In this document: positions 27,631-43,100 of the stretch, piece after piece
Position numbering within the stretch: the first letter of the stretch is position 1
How the letters are laid out: the number at the start of each line of letters is the position of its first letter
From: Geosiphon pyriformis uo1
Taxonomy: Eukaryota; Fungi; Glomeromycota
Direction: 5' to 3'
Assembly: GCA_016748015.1 (NCBI GenBank)
Contig: JAAOMT010000760.1
Location: 62,001 to 126,000, forward strand
Length of the DNA: 64,000 nt
The notes under the pieces: generated by a model
Told to the model about the DNA's origin: nothing
Database searches by the model: none
Seen by the model: only the letters and a program-made list of their open reading frames with translations
Position numbers and translations under genes: made by a program

Positions 27631-28217
27631 ATGAAAAATTTTATAAAAACTTTTTTTACTCTCTTTTCACTTTGCTATTTGTTCGTCATTGCTGGTGTAA
27701 AAGGAAGTAGCTCATCAGAGATGTCAAATTGTGTAGTTCTTGCCCCGGATTCTGGTACTTTTTCATAAATAACTATTAAATTCAAAAGTTGATGTGGAAA
27801 AAATAAATTTATATCATTTAATTTTTAAAATTAAAATTTAATTTATAAAATTTTTTTAGCCACAATTATGAAAAGAGGTTTTAAGGCTAAAATAAAATGG
27901 AAATTAAATTTCAAACCATCAGTGGAAAACACTCAAATACAATTACGCACTGGTCCTTCAGAAAATCTTCAATTGGTGAGTTTGATAACGAAGGTTGCGA
28001 ATCTTGAGAGTGGAGTATTCATTTGGAGAGTACCAGAAAATTTAGAAAGTGGTAAAAGTTATACTGTTCAGGTATGAATTTCTAATTTCTAATTTCTAAT
28101 TTTTATTTTTATTTTTATCAAATTATATTTTAATTAAAAGATAAAATTAAAATTTGATAGGTTGGCGTTGGACCTAATGTGATTCCGTGTTACTCTGGTC
28201 GATTTACGATCGATTGA
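27631..28217 (+). CDS. Small secreted Kre9/Knh1-N-like Ig-fold protein B, 130 aa; exons 27631-27754, 27860-28071, 28161-28217
   Basis: Signal peptide MKNFIKTFFTLFSLCYLFVIAGVKG; VLAPDSATIMKRGFKAKIKW...IQLRTGPSENL...GVFIWRVPENLESGKSYTVQVG...YSGRFTID*. Exons 2 and 3 (212 and 57 nt) are the same lengths as in protein A. Confidence 0.87.
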
Positions 28218-28886
28218 TGAAAAAAAAGAACTGAGAAGATTTTTATATCATTTAATTTATATCAGGGATCCTTTTGAAATTGTGAATTCAGTTTATAACT
28301 TTTGATCAAAACTATAAATCTATAAAGTATGTTAACCTTTTGATTAAGTTTATATTTGTATTAAATAAAATAAAAAAATAAATCTAGTTAATCAAATTGT
28401 TAAAAAAAGCACAAAGATAATAATTTTATTTATTTTCACAAGATATGGAGAATATTATTATTATTATTTTTTATTTTATTTTTATGAATTTGAAAAGAAT
28501 TGTCTTGTTATTAATTATTATAAATTAAAGTTAAAGATTTCAAATTTAAATTTTTTTTATTAATAGAAATTATTTTCATGAAAATCTTATATTGCCTGCT
28601 TTTTATTTTGTGAATACATTTTGATTTTATAAAATTTGATATAAAGATTTTAATCGTAATATATTTTTTCATAATTTTAGTAATTTTTAGTAATTATAAT
28701 GTATTACATAACAATATTTTAAATAAAAATAATTCATTAAAATTTTGAATGAATTTCCAAGGAAAAATTTATTCAACTATCATTTAAAAAGATTGGACTT
28801 AAATACGAAATATTAGAAATTTTTGAATGTAAAAGTAAATGGTTTCGAAACTTTATAGAAATTTTCAAATTTGAAATGTAAACAAC

Positions 28887-30538
<1,652 letters not shown>

Positions 30539-31102
30539 AATTTTCTTTCAAAAAAGCCAAATTTTTTTGTTTGAAGTGGAATTTAAAGAAAAAAAAATTT
30601 TTATACGACCATCATTTTATTATAAAAATAAAGTTTGTTTGATTTTTACATTCGCTCACTGATAAAAATATTTGGATTCAGAATTTTTTTTTTTTAATGT
30701 CAGGATCTTTGATATTCAAAAGTAAAAAAAAAATTTTCAGATTCTAAAGTTGCTTAATCAGCAAATTCGAGTTTTAAACATTCAGTACTATATATATACA
30801 TATATACATAAATATATTAAGATTTTCACGATAGGAAGCTAAAACTTTGTAAAATAATAAATAACTATTTTCCTATTTAAAATCAGTTTTCTAAATAGAA
30901 AGGTTAATGTTTATGCTTATTTTCAACTTCATTAAATAACCATTAGAAAAATTCGAAACTATTGGTTTTCTTTAAAATTTTTACTTTCATAACTTTGATT
31001 CACAAGCCTCATAATACATGTATCAAAACAAAAGATTATTCTCAATATAATAATAATAATAATAATAATAATTAAAGAAAATTGGAATCACAAAATTCTC
31101 GT

Positions 31103-31822
31103 TCAACAATCGCATAGACCAAATATTTCATTATTTTGATCAGCCTTATTATTAAAATTCAAACTAGGGATCGTAGTAGATGGCCCAATGAATTTAGAAC
31201 CGCCGAATGATGATGAAGGTAATTCCGAAGTAATTTTAAATGGACCCGAGGATATACTTCTATTATTAGGAGCTTCTAAAACTATTTGATAAGTAGCCTG
31301 ATAAACATTAACCGTCCATTGATACGATTCCTTAGAGAGAATAACGTTGCTTAAAAGTTTAATGTCATTGGCGCGTGTCATGTTCATCATAAGTAGCTTT
31401 CCTTTGGCGTAAAAATCGCCGTCCCATTTCCACCTGATTGTTAGTTTACTTCCACGCGGTTGATTATGAGGTGTATTTATTACAAAATCTATAGTAAAAT
31501 ATGAGATATTTGTTGTATATTAGTCAATCTCATTGTTATCTTTATGTATTATGTTTAGATAACACAAACTCTAAAAAAATAAATCAAAAGGACAAAGAAA
31601 AGTAAAAAATTAAAGAGAAATATCGAAGAAAGTTTTTACAATCTCTGAAGAAAATAAAAACAAATTGAAAACTCTTTTTCAATCTTTAAATTTTTTTGTA
31701 AATTTCAAGATTAATATCAACTTCAAAAAATTAACTGAAAACTCATCATCTCTTTTACCTGCACTTATAAACACTATAAAAGCGAGCGATAGAGCAAATG
31801 AAGCAATAATAGAATGCCTCAT
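31103..31822 (-). CDS. Small secreted Kre9/Knh1-N-like Ig-fold protein C with short Ser/Thr tail, ~149 aa; exons 31822-31759, 31488-31103
   Basis: MRHSIIASFALSLAFIVFISA|DFVINTPHNQPRGSKLTIRWKW...SYQWTVNV...TYQIVL...SGPFKITSELPSSS. Phase-1 GT-AG intron right after the signal peptide. The 3' end is uncertain. Confidence 0.72.
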
Positions 31823-32111
31823 TTTTTATTCTTTATCCCTGAATGTTAACTTTAGAATTTTATCGTTTTTTAAATTAGTTTGTATGAAATACGGGTATAT
31901 CTTTATCCCTTTTAAAGAGGAAATGATTTATATATACCGAAAGAATATTTGATAAAAATGATTTTTAAAATTATCATTTCACAAGGCATCGCATTTATAT
32001 ATCTAGCATGACTATTTTGTGAAACATTAAAACAAAAACTCTTAAAATAAAATGTGAAACTATTTACCGAAATCAATAAAACAAACTTTTTGGCAGATAA
32101 TTTTTGACAAG

Positions 32112-32128
32112 ATAATAATAACAATAAC

Positions 32129-32190
<62 letters not shown>
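32112..32190. repeat. (AAT)n microsatellite
   Basis: Seen directly. Confidence 0.95.
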
Positions 32191-32191
<1 letters not shown>

Positions 32192-34282
32192 TCAATTTCT
32201 AATAAAAATAATAATAATAATAATTATCAAAAATAAAAATCATAATTATTTTTCTTATAAGAAACAAATGAATTTTTATCGGTATAAAATGTTAATACCT
32301 GTAAAAGTGTTTGAAAAGTTTTAAATACTATATTCGGAATATTTTTAAACATATTATCATAAAGTTGTATTACTAAACTTCGCATCATTGAAAGAAAATT
32401 AATTATTTCTTTTTTTCCGATGTTTCAATTCTAATAAAATGAGATAAATGACCCTTTAAAAATTTTTCAAAATAAAAGTCAAATAAAGTGAAATTTTTTT
32501 TATTCAATTTTTATTTATTATATTTGAAAAAAAAATTGTATAAAAACAACTTTTTTGAAATCTAAAATATTATTGTTCAATTAAGTAACATATATATAAA
32601 GGCAAGAATACCGTTTAAATAATGAAATATGTTATTTTTCAATAATTATTCTTGAAAATAGATCAATTATAATCCAACAGTCACAAAAATATTCATATTT
32701 TCGAATATCATAAAGAAATAAAATGAGTTTTAAACCATTTCACTCAAAGTATTTCAATATTTTTTAAATCTATTATAATTTTTTAATTACATATTAAGTT
32801 ATCAAACATCTTTAACAAAAAATTATAATAAAAAATTTAGAAAAATAATTAAATAATTAAAAAAAATTAGATTTTATTTTAAATGTGTTGCTCAAAATTT
32901 AAATTTAAATTTAAATTTATTAAAACTCTCTGTGAAAAGATACTTTATACGATATTTTTTTTAGCTTATAAACATTCCAAACAAAGAGCTTTTCAAAAAT
33001 TATTATCTATAAGTTCTATTCTAAAATCTTTCAAGAAATAAAATATATTTATTAAGTTTAAAATTCTATTCCATTATATTCTCGATATACTTTCCTAAGA
33101 TTTAATTAAAAAAAATTATTAATAAATATTGGAATAAAAACGAACTTTAAAGTAATTTTTATCTTTCTTTAGTAATTTTTAAGTCTGCTATCTATTCTGA
33201 AAAGCAAGGAAATAAACAGAATATTAAGTCATAACAAAGCTTTACTGAATCTTTACAGGTATTAAGATTTACTGGGTCTTTTGTAGCCAGAAAAGTATAT
33301 TAATCCTTCCTTACACCTTTTATGATATGTTTTTAATCTAATAAAATATTCTTTTTTTTTCTTTCTTGAGAAGCAATTGTAGACATTTTTTAAATACGAG
33401 TTTTAATAATTTACTCTTTTATTTTTAGCTAAAGATTGTCACTATTTCTTAAGTGCAGAAACCTTTTTTACTTTAATAAATTTCTGGATATAACTTGGAA
33501 AAATATCATGGTTTTCACAAAGAATAATATCTATAGAAAGATGCAACTTATTAAATGAAAATATTTATTCAAGAAAATTCTGCTTCAACAAATATTCAAA
33601 TAGCATTAGCAACTTGAATTCTAAATGAATCTAACACTAAATTATTAATAAAATTTGTTTCAAAATTAAATTAATTATAATTATAAATTTTCCCTTTTGA
33701 TAAACCTAAGTTTAAAATTCATAAAATTGGGACTATTATTATCAACAATAATAATATTATTAGTATTATGTTCCTGTTTTTTTTTAAAAAAATATTGAAA
33801 ATGCAAATTTTTTCAAATGATTTAACTTAAAATTGCTTTTTATTTATTTGATATTCATTTATGTATTAGTTTCGTCCTAAACTGGTGTTTCCTCTTAAAC
33901 TTCCGGAGAATATTTTCCGTAAAACAATCCAATCAGGATGACGTTTGATTAACCCAGGCTAAAAACAGGCTCATTTCATTGAATATGTCAAAAAAAAAAA
34001 TGAAGAATATGGTTGGTATTTTTAGTCGGTCATTTGGCGTTTTGTAACACGCTTTTCACTCAAGGATTAACTTATTAGTGTGTGACATGGTTACTTTTTA
34101 TGAGTTAGTGGTTTATTAAAATTAATTGTTATCTTACTCTCTCAGTCTCACACGATTAATTGTGCTACTTTTGAAGTAAAAAGCATTTAATAAGAAACCC
34201 TTTTTTCAAACTTTTGAGGAAATTTAATTTTTTTATCAACATTCTCATAAATACTCATTCCAATTTTATTCCCAAACACACT

Positions 34283-34761
34283 ATGGAAAACTTTGAAATT
34301 AAAAGAAATCGTCCAGAAGCTCATGATTGTAACGACTGTGAATTGTGTCAAAAATCCATTAAAAAAAATAGTAATTTGTGTGGTGCATGCATATTCTTGT
34401 TTTTTGAAAAATTTTACAAGGATTTTTCAAGTGGCAATAAAGTAGTTGATAAAATAATCAAGAATCCAATCTATATTCTACCTAATAATAATAATAATAA
34501 TAACAATATTATTAATGACTATACTGGTCAAGTTAATTATTATGAATGGATTCCATGGGAGCGTTTGTCAAATATCAACAAAATTGGTGAGGGAGGGCTC
34601 GGTACAATTTATAAAGCAACTCTAATTGATGGATTAATTGCTACCCCGACTATAGAACATCATGGTAAAATGAAATGTAAAAAAAATGAAGAAGGGACGA
34701 AAGTAGCAATAAAATTTACATCATTAAAGAATAGTGAAAAAGTCTTGAAAGAGGTAATTAA

Positions 34762-34839
<78 letters not shown>

Positions 34840-35825
34840 TTAATTATTATTTTAATTATTATTATTATTGTTGTTGTTATAATTACTACTATTATTATTA
34901 TTAAAACAAATCTAATTAACTAATTATCATTTTTCACTTTTAATAGTTAAATACTCAAAGAACTATCTTCTTTAAAAATGGGTACATATCATTAAATATA
35001 TCTAAAATAATAGGAATTACGAAAAACGCTGAAACACTCAAATATGGAATTGTGATGAAGTTTGCCCCACATGGAGACATTCGGAAACATTTTTCAACAA
35101 ATTTTTATTCTACTGACTGGGGATATAAATTATCGATAGCGTGTTCTATAGTTAGTGGACTTATTGCAATTCATTCCGCTGGTATGGTTCATCGTGACCT
35201 ACACTCGGGCAACATTCTACAATACTCCCTAGAATCTTCAAATGATTGGATATCAATCTGTGGCCTCGGATTATGTCACCCATCAAATAATGAAGCAAAA
35301 GCAGTGGAAAAGAAAATGTATGGAGTGATTCCCTACATTCCACCAGAAGTTTTAAGCGGGAAAAAGTTTACAAAAAAAGGTGATATCTATAGTTTTGCCA
35401 TGATATTATGGGAATTGGCAACAGGAATGCCTCCATTTCATGATCATTCACATGACAAAAACCTTATAACCGCTATTCTAAATGGTAAAAGACCTGAAAT
35501 TACCTCTCCTCTTATTCCACCTTGTTACGCTGAACTCATTGGAAAGTGTTGGGATGACAGTCCTTGGAATCGTCCTACTCTCAAAGAACTTGAAAAAAAG
35601 TTGATGGAATTTAAAAATTTATATTATAACGGGTCTACAACTGAGCGGTTATTATTTCAGGAATCAGAAAAGTACATAAAAGAAAGTAATGCGGAAGATG
35701 GTGGCGATAAAGACCACGAAACAATAAAAGCTTCAAAAAGAATAACGATTCATTCAGAGGCAGTTTATACAAGTCGTCTTTTGACTGCGCAAATGGTTGA
35801 AGGATCAAATGGTTTGTTTTTCTAA
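34283..35825 (+). CDS. Tyrosine-kinase-like (TKL) protein kinase, Glomeromycotina-type, with DLG->GLG substitution; exons 34283-34753, 34947-35825 (or 34947-35811 plus a further short exon from 35898)
   Basis: CxxC..CxxC N-terminus, SSGNKVVDKII, EWIPWERL, GEGGLGTIY, VAIK, HRDLHSGNIL, ICGLGL, YGVIPYIPPE, DIYSFAMILWELATG, CW...PWNRP, HSEAVYTSRLL. Confidence 0.9.
34760..34838. repeat. (ATT)n microsatellite in kinase intron 1
   Basis: Seen directly; it explains the poly-Leu tail of the 34214 ORF. Confidence 0.95.
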
Positions 35826-38800
35826 TTTTTGTTTTTTTGAAATTTTTATTTAATTACTTTATATTAAAAAATTACCTTTACTTACTTTTTAATACAGAAT
35901 TGATCTATTCCCCTGGAGGTAAAAAGTTAAACAAAAAAAGATTTTGGACAGCTAAATTAAAAAACTTTATATTAAAAAAAATATTAAATAATGTTAAAAT
36001 CTAAATTTATAATTATACTCTTTTAATTTTTAAATGTTTTTAATAAATGTAAAATTTTGAAGCTTTATTGGCAAAAATAAATTTAATATCGCAGATAATT
36101 TTTTTAAAATTTATAATTACATTGATAATTAATTTAAATTTAAAATATTTTTTATTAAAAATAATAAAAATTTTATTTGTTATTTTTTACAAAACACAGT
36201 ACTTTCACTTTTGCTCAAAAATAATACTTTAGCAAATCAATAGTATAAAATAGTTTGAAAAAAATGAATTTTTTAACCTTAAAAAAGAAAGAATATTCAA
36301 ATTTTTTTGCATATTAAACAATTAATAGAATTATGGCTTAAAAAATCAAATAATACAAACCTATCAATTCCTGGAGATATTTTGTTTTAAAAAGCTAGCA
36401 ATTTTGGTCAATTTATAAGTTTTGATAGAATGGAAGAGAGCTCAATATTGTAAAGAAACTTATAAGTCACAAATAATTTTTTATTTTTAAAAAGTACTAC
36501 TTTGTGGATTGGTTTCTATGAAAGTCTAAATACCCAGGAATGTTGTCAAAAAAGGAGACTTGACAATTTTTCAAATCAATGTCTGAATGGACATATTATC
36601 TTTATGGTACCTGATCAAACCATAGATTCCAAATATCAAATTTCAGGAATTCTCAATTTTAGCGTCTAGATCTTTAATGATTTAAGTAACTTTACAGATG
36701 TTGATCTAAACGGAACTTCAAAGCTCGATCATTAAGTTTTTCAGAGGCAGGTTTCAACAGCCTCCTTAAAAAATAGTTATTAAAATGTTCTTTCTTTTAC
36801 TTTATGAATGTCCAGAATTTTGTCAACTGATAAAAGAAATTGGGAAACTAACATGGTTTTTAACATATAATACGGCCTTATTTAAGAAGGATTGAATTTA
36901 ATCATTGAATAAAGGTTTTGATTCAGTAAAATGAATCAAGATTGAAAATATCTATTTTCTTTTCGCAATATAATTTAGGGACAAATCCTGAGAAAGAATT
37001 GCCCACTTGATAAAACGGTAGAAATTTTATTAACTTTTTCCTATTCTTTGACTTGCAAGAATTTACTCATTGAAAGTTTAGATAACCACCACCATTGCGA
37101 GGACCCATCAACTAAATTTTTTTTTAAAACAAATTTTATATATTTTAAATTCTATTATTCCCTTTTCTTAAAATGTATGCTTTATAAATTTCCTAAAAGA
37201 AATTTTAAATTATTTCTAAATTATAGATTAATTCAATTTTAATTTCGGCGGTACGTTATAGCTAATTTTATAGAAAATTTTTACCTTTAGGGATTCATTG
37301 AAGTCTTTTCTAGTGAAAACTATAGATTTTCAATTTATGATGTACCAGACCGATTTAAAGCGGTGTTCTGCAGCAATGATATATGTATAAACAATCTTAG
37401 ACATGATTATTCTGATTCTATAAAAAGTTCCAAGAGCCAAGCAGCTGATTGATTTTTTTGCTGATTTTCCATGGGCTCCTTAACAAAATGCATATAAAGT
37501 TTATTTTCAAAATTCGACAATTTCCTCAAGTGCAAATTAGAAACTAAGAAGAAGTTGAGATTTTAAAAAACTCAAAAAAAAAGCAATCTTTTGAATTGGC
37601 TTTATGAAGTGGTAAGTCTTTAGAAAACTAAGAGAGTTCATATCATTGATAATATTTAAAACCCCTTTTTCTGTATATTTAAGCTCTAAATCCAATTTTC
37701 CAAAGTTTCAGATAACTCTTTCAAAAGTGTTATGTTTTAGTCTTTCTTGCGCAAATTCTTCAAGTTTTTATTTGTATACAACTTAAAAGCTTTTAAGGTC
37801 TTAAAATCGGTATATAATGTACATAATTGAGAAAACATCTTCATTTGTCCCTTGGCATTTTTTCAAGATAGTAACATGTCTAAATGAAATTAACCAATAA
37901 CAGGTGAATTCTATACTATTATTCCAAATCAAATATCGGCCAATCATCAACATTTTAATATTTCATCAAAAAATACACCAAAAACATAATTTTTTTTCTA
38001 GTATAATGTTAATATGTTATATTTATTTACACATTTAATCTTCTATAACGAAAGATAAGCATTTTTAGAGATTACGAAAATATCTTGCTTTGATTACTAA
38101 TTCGGCAAAAAGAAAGATAATGGTAGACAAATATGCAATAATACTTTGATTATAATTCGGTTGTTTAGGAAATTTTGTGAATCACATAATTTATTAAACC
38201 ATTGAAAAATGTAATTTCACTTTAAAAAACATGAAAATAAAATTTATTCTTTTGAACATTATTTTTGCATTATCGGCGGCAATAAAAGCTCTATATATAT
38301 CTTATTATAGAATTCTCGACTATTATCAAGAGCCCATAAGAAGTTTCAGGCTTCACTATTTTCAATGAATATTTTCAGAATCATTTATATATTTGCTCTT
38401 TTAGTCCGCTCAATATTGATGAAATAAATAAAACTTTCATTTTACTGGTTGAGTTTTTTTCCAGAAAAAATCTTTGATTCAAGAAGAGCTGCGCCAAATT
38501 ATATAAATAAATTCATTTCCGGAAGATAACAATAATCTGTTTTTCTTTTCTCAAGACAAAGATCCATGAATAATGCAAAGGATAAAAGACTTCATTCTCT
38601 GGTTAACATCATATAATTTCCTCTCAAAATAATTTTTAATATATCAAATCTTCATTTCTCTAAAACTCAAAAAAATTAAAACAAAAAATTTAATTTTTGT
38701 TTTCAAAATTTTACAAAAATGGTACAATATTATATATAAAGCACTTAAGGTTACAAATTTTAAAAACCCGTTAAGTCCCTTGAGAATTTTGAAGCTCTTA

Positions 38801-39031
38801 TTGATAAGAATAAAAAACTTGGAGGAGGTTTTATGAATATCTCATATAAAGTTGAATGTTGTCTTATGGGATTCTTGGTTCCATCTTAGGAGTTAATACG
38901 TCATTATCGATTGAGAATTTTGCAGTAACGCATTGTAGTCGAACATTTTTTCATAACGCCACGGAAACTTTCCAAACTTTTCCGACCCTAAAAACGCCAA
39001 TCATGTCGTCATTATGAGAAAACTTTTCATC

Positions 39032-40174
39032 CTAGTTATCTTTATCAGCATTGCTTTTGCTGCTGTTGGTAGTTGCAGAAATATTTCGCCCACTCCCATT
39101 TGGACTTGTACGTCCATTAATTTGATTGCTATTTCCATCCACAAAACTAACTGGTGCTGCTGTTGGTCTGTTCCCAGTTGAACCTGCCAGCAATCTCCCA
39201 ATCTTACTGTACTTTTGTATTTCACTTCGGGTGAAAAAGTTAATCATATCGAGCGTTAAGCTCTTGTAATTAGCACCCCAATCTAATTTCATAAGCATTC
39301 GAGGAAAAACACTTTCCAAATATTTTTTCAAATCTTCGCAAAAATAATTAACAATGCAATAACCATTTTTGCTGAATTTTCGAAGTTTTTCATCCCCGTT
39401 AATTGCGATTGCACATTCCATGGGAGAACCATCCCGATAAAAAGTTATTGCAAGGCGGTCAATAAGTTTTCCAATCGCAGCACAAATAAGATCTTTTAAT
39501 GCATAAGCGAATTCATCTAATAATTCCCCGCCTGCTTTATGAGCAATCTCAATTTGATTTTCTGGAATGGGGATCTGAAAATATACCAATTCCTGCTGTA
39601 ATTCAGTATATGAAACTGATGGTGATGATGACGACGACGACGACGGCGTAGGTACTTCTGGAGGGGGTTGCCACAAGATTTGACCAGTGCGGTAATACTC
39701 CAAGACATAATGGAACGCATCCCCATTTCGATCAAAAAAATATTCGTTTAGGTTTTCAGGGTGAAGAAGCTCTTGATTGCGAGCTTGAAACATTGTTCCA
39801 AGGAGAGTTCCTGGGTAAGCGGTCAAAGTTGAACGATAGGTCTCATACTGTTATTGAGGTTGAAAAGTTTGTGTAAAATGCAGGAGACCATTAAAATTGG
39901 GAAAGAAAACAAAATATATTTGAAATGCAAAATTTCAAGGAACTAAAATATAGCTATTGGTTTTCGTTTTTAAATCAGGTCTATGGCCCATGTGAAATGA
40001 TTTCATTGCATCCATCCCATCAAAAGATCTCCAATTATCTACCACAAATTTTTGGGTGAACTCTTTATTAAAATATAAATACTTTGAAAAAATTATTACC
40101 TTTCTACCGCCAATATTTAACACGATACGTTCATCACGTTCCATTCTGAGTCTGTTGCTGTTAATATCGCTCAT
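39032..40174 (-). CDS. KCTD-like / Kv T1-type BTB/POZ domain protein, 296 aa; exons 40174-40100, 39847-39032
   Basis: ERIVLNIGGRK|YETYRSTLTAYPGTLLGTMF...NEYFFDRNGDAFHYVLEYYRTG...ELVYFQIP is a canonical T1 BTB_2 signature. No TM segments are visible. Confidence 0.92.
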
Positions 40175-43100
40175 GATAATTATTAAAAAAATGTGAAATA
40201 TTCTTTACGACTCTTTTAAAAGTTTTTAAAAGAATATGACGAGTTCGTTAAATATAAACACACTAAGGATTTTTGAGTTTTATTTCGGCTTCTGTTAAAT
40301 TAATACGCTTTTTATCCGGTAAAAATCAGATATTTGATTTTTAGGAGTTATGGGATATTTTGTTTTTTTTGTTTAATTACAAATGTGTATTTTTCGACAG
40401 CAAGATGATGAGGTTCTTTTCGGCCAAAGTTAAACAAAGGATTTTAAGGATAGTCGAGTGCTTATATTTTTTTGTTGTTTGATTGGAGAAATAATTAAAG
40501 AATCGAATCTGGTAAAAAGATTGAAATAAAAAAAAAGTAAAAAAGACAGTTTATGTGGTGAGGATGAAATTGAAGAAGGTTGAGTAATAAAAGGAAAAAA
40601 AGAAAGGAGGAAAAGGTTGAAAGGGAAATTTAGTCAAAAATTTAGTGTGACTAATATATAAACTTGTAAAAAAAGTGCAATTACCTATTAGCTAATTTAT
40701 TTGATACTTGGGATAAACAAAATAAAAATTTACCAACTTTTTAACATTAGTATTACCGCACATTATTAGCTTATTCAGGAATAATCACTCTCATCGTCGA
40801 ATCAAATATTGAGTTTTTTTTTTATATTGAATGTATATATATGCTAACAATAATATTTTTTATGATGCATGTATGCTAATTTTTTCCGTTTAGTAAAATA
40901 TGAGGTATGTTCCTAGTTTGATTTGAAGTATTGGTGCATATCCGGTTTTTGGATATTGCATTGTGTTTCTCTTACACACTAAATACAGATAGACATTTAC
41001 TGTTCTTATAATTATATAATTTGGGTAATAGTGAACCTTAATTTTGTGCTTCTGTGTTTCAATATTTAGAGCGAATTATGCATGTTGCTTTACTATTGGA
41101 GTAAAAGATCCGCATAGAATAATTTCATAAAGTGAGGTATTCGAAATTTGATGTTTTACAAAATAAATTATTTTTTATGACATGTATGTTTGAAATTTTT
41201 ATAGTTACACCTTTGGTTCTTTTTTTACTTTTATTATCTGATGAGTAATAATTTAATATTCCTAAAGTTTGTTAATATAACACAAAAATGAAAATTATTT
41301 TAAGTACGTGATAAGTTTCTTATTTCTTTTTGCGAGAGTATACTAAAAAGTTTCAAAAGCAGGCAAGATTGAGATTTCACTTTTCAAACTCTTGTGAAAC
41401 TTTTTTCATTTATATATATTTGCAGTGCGTGTGGTAAAGGTTATCATTGGTTACAAAAGTAATACAAAGAAAAAATTTTCACCAACGCAAGAGGGTTTTC
41501 AGTACAAAAACAATGGTAACTCAATTATTAAGTTACATTTTAAAATTCTTTGATGAGAGAAACCTTCAATGCAGGGTAACTGAACATTGCTGGACTTGTT
41601 GTATTCCAGCAAAGCTGAAACCTTTTATTTGCACTCTTCAAATTCAAATGTCCTGAATCTCGCAATACACCGAACTGCCTCCATCTTTCGACAGAGACTA
41701 TGATAACCAAGGTTTTACAGATGCAGAATGAAATCATCGCTCTGCCTATCCCATTTATTCTTGTTAAAATGGTTTCTTTTGACCTATTCACCTCGATGGA
41801 ATAGATATGGTCCCCCTCCCTCTATTCTCGTTCATATTAAGAAAAATATGGCACATTTTTCAGGTAGTCTGTTGAATAGGATTAAGAAAAAAATTGATGA
41901 AGATAAATAATATCATCATACATTACATATTTTGACTGTCTAAGACTGAAGCTTTTAAAATTCTTTGTAAGCGATACTTGGTAACATAAAGGGTGGAGAT
42001 ATGTGAATAATAATACATGAGTCGCAAATTTTTAAAATATTAGCATGATTTTCAACCATAGTTTTTGTTTTTTTTTGCATATCTGATACCAGTTAATATG
42101 TTTCAATCTTGGATATTGCAAAAAACTAAGTCATTATTATTATTATTTTTTTGTGTTAAACTTCTGAATTGGCGGTTCATTTTTAGGTTCATGTCATCAA
42201 TCATAACTTTATATATTAAAATGAAATTAGTGCAAAAATACTGCATTTTGTCAACAGTCAATGTTCAGATTAAAGTTTTTTTTTGATCTGGATTCTTTTC
42301 TCTAAAATAAGTTGTAAAAAATAACAAAATAGTTTATCTGAGTCAATAAAAACAAATATCTTTATTAAGCAAAATATATTAAATATAAATTTAAGTTAGA
42401 ATCAAAGTAATAAAAAATATTATTTGTGGTTTAAAAGTTAAGTCATTTGTTATGAAATTATTACATTTAAATGGTTAGAACTATTTTATATTTTATATAA
42501 ATTTTTTTTGGCTTTGTAAAAATTAATAGAATTAATTCTTATAGTTTAGATTTTTTGAGATTCGACAGTTTTTAAACTTTAAGTTAGCTTAATTTATCTT
42601 ATTAGTTACGATATAATGAGAAATTTTTACTATAAAAACCTTTTCATTTTGATATTGAATAATATGAAATTCTTTAGATTCCAAAAATAATAAAATATAT
42701 TATTTCTGAAAAAGGCTATTGTTAGAATCTGATTTGAAAATTTGTTTTAATATACTGCCAAATCCAAAAAAATCCTAATATTTTCAGTATACTGTAAGCT
42801 GTTAAGCTTGAAAAATTTTATTAATAGTTCAACTACTTTAAGAATTTCTTCGTTTCACATTTATTACTCTTTCCTCTTTATAAATTTGAAAATAAAAAAA
42901 GTTTTGCAACAGCAATTTGATTGCCAAGTATTAATCTAAATGGTTCGTGTTTTAATTTCTATCAGCAAGATCAAAACGTTACGCTGGTTTCCTAATCTTG
43001 GAATATTCTATATTAAAACTTTGTTCAAAATTAAATTTAAATTACCTATAAAAGGATTCAGAAGTTAAAGCATGACATGCACAAAGGAACATCATTCATT

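Noticed and set aside
31020-31105. Apparent hydrophobic GPI tail after two TGA codons downstream of Ig-fold C (readthrough or TGA=Trp)
   Set aside because: The hydrophobic run is an (AAT)n microsatellite, and other genes here use TGG for Trp and TGA as stop.
41447-41910. Cluster of overlapping short ORFs with raised GC
   Set aside because: No recognisable motif or consistent splice model; possibly a relic.
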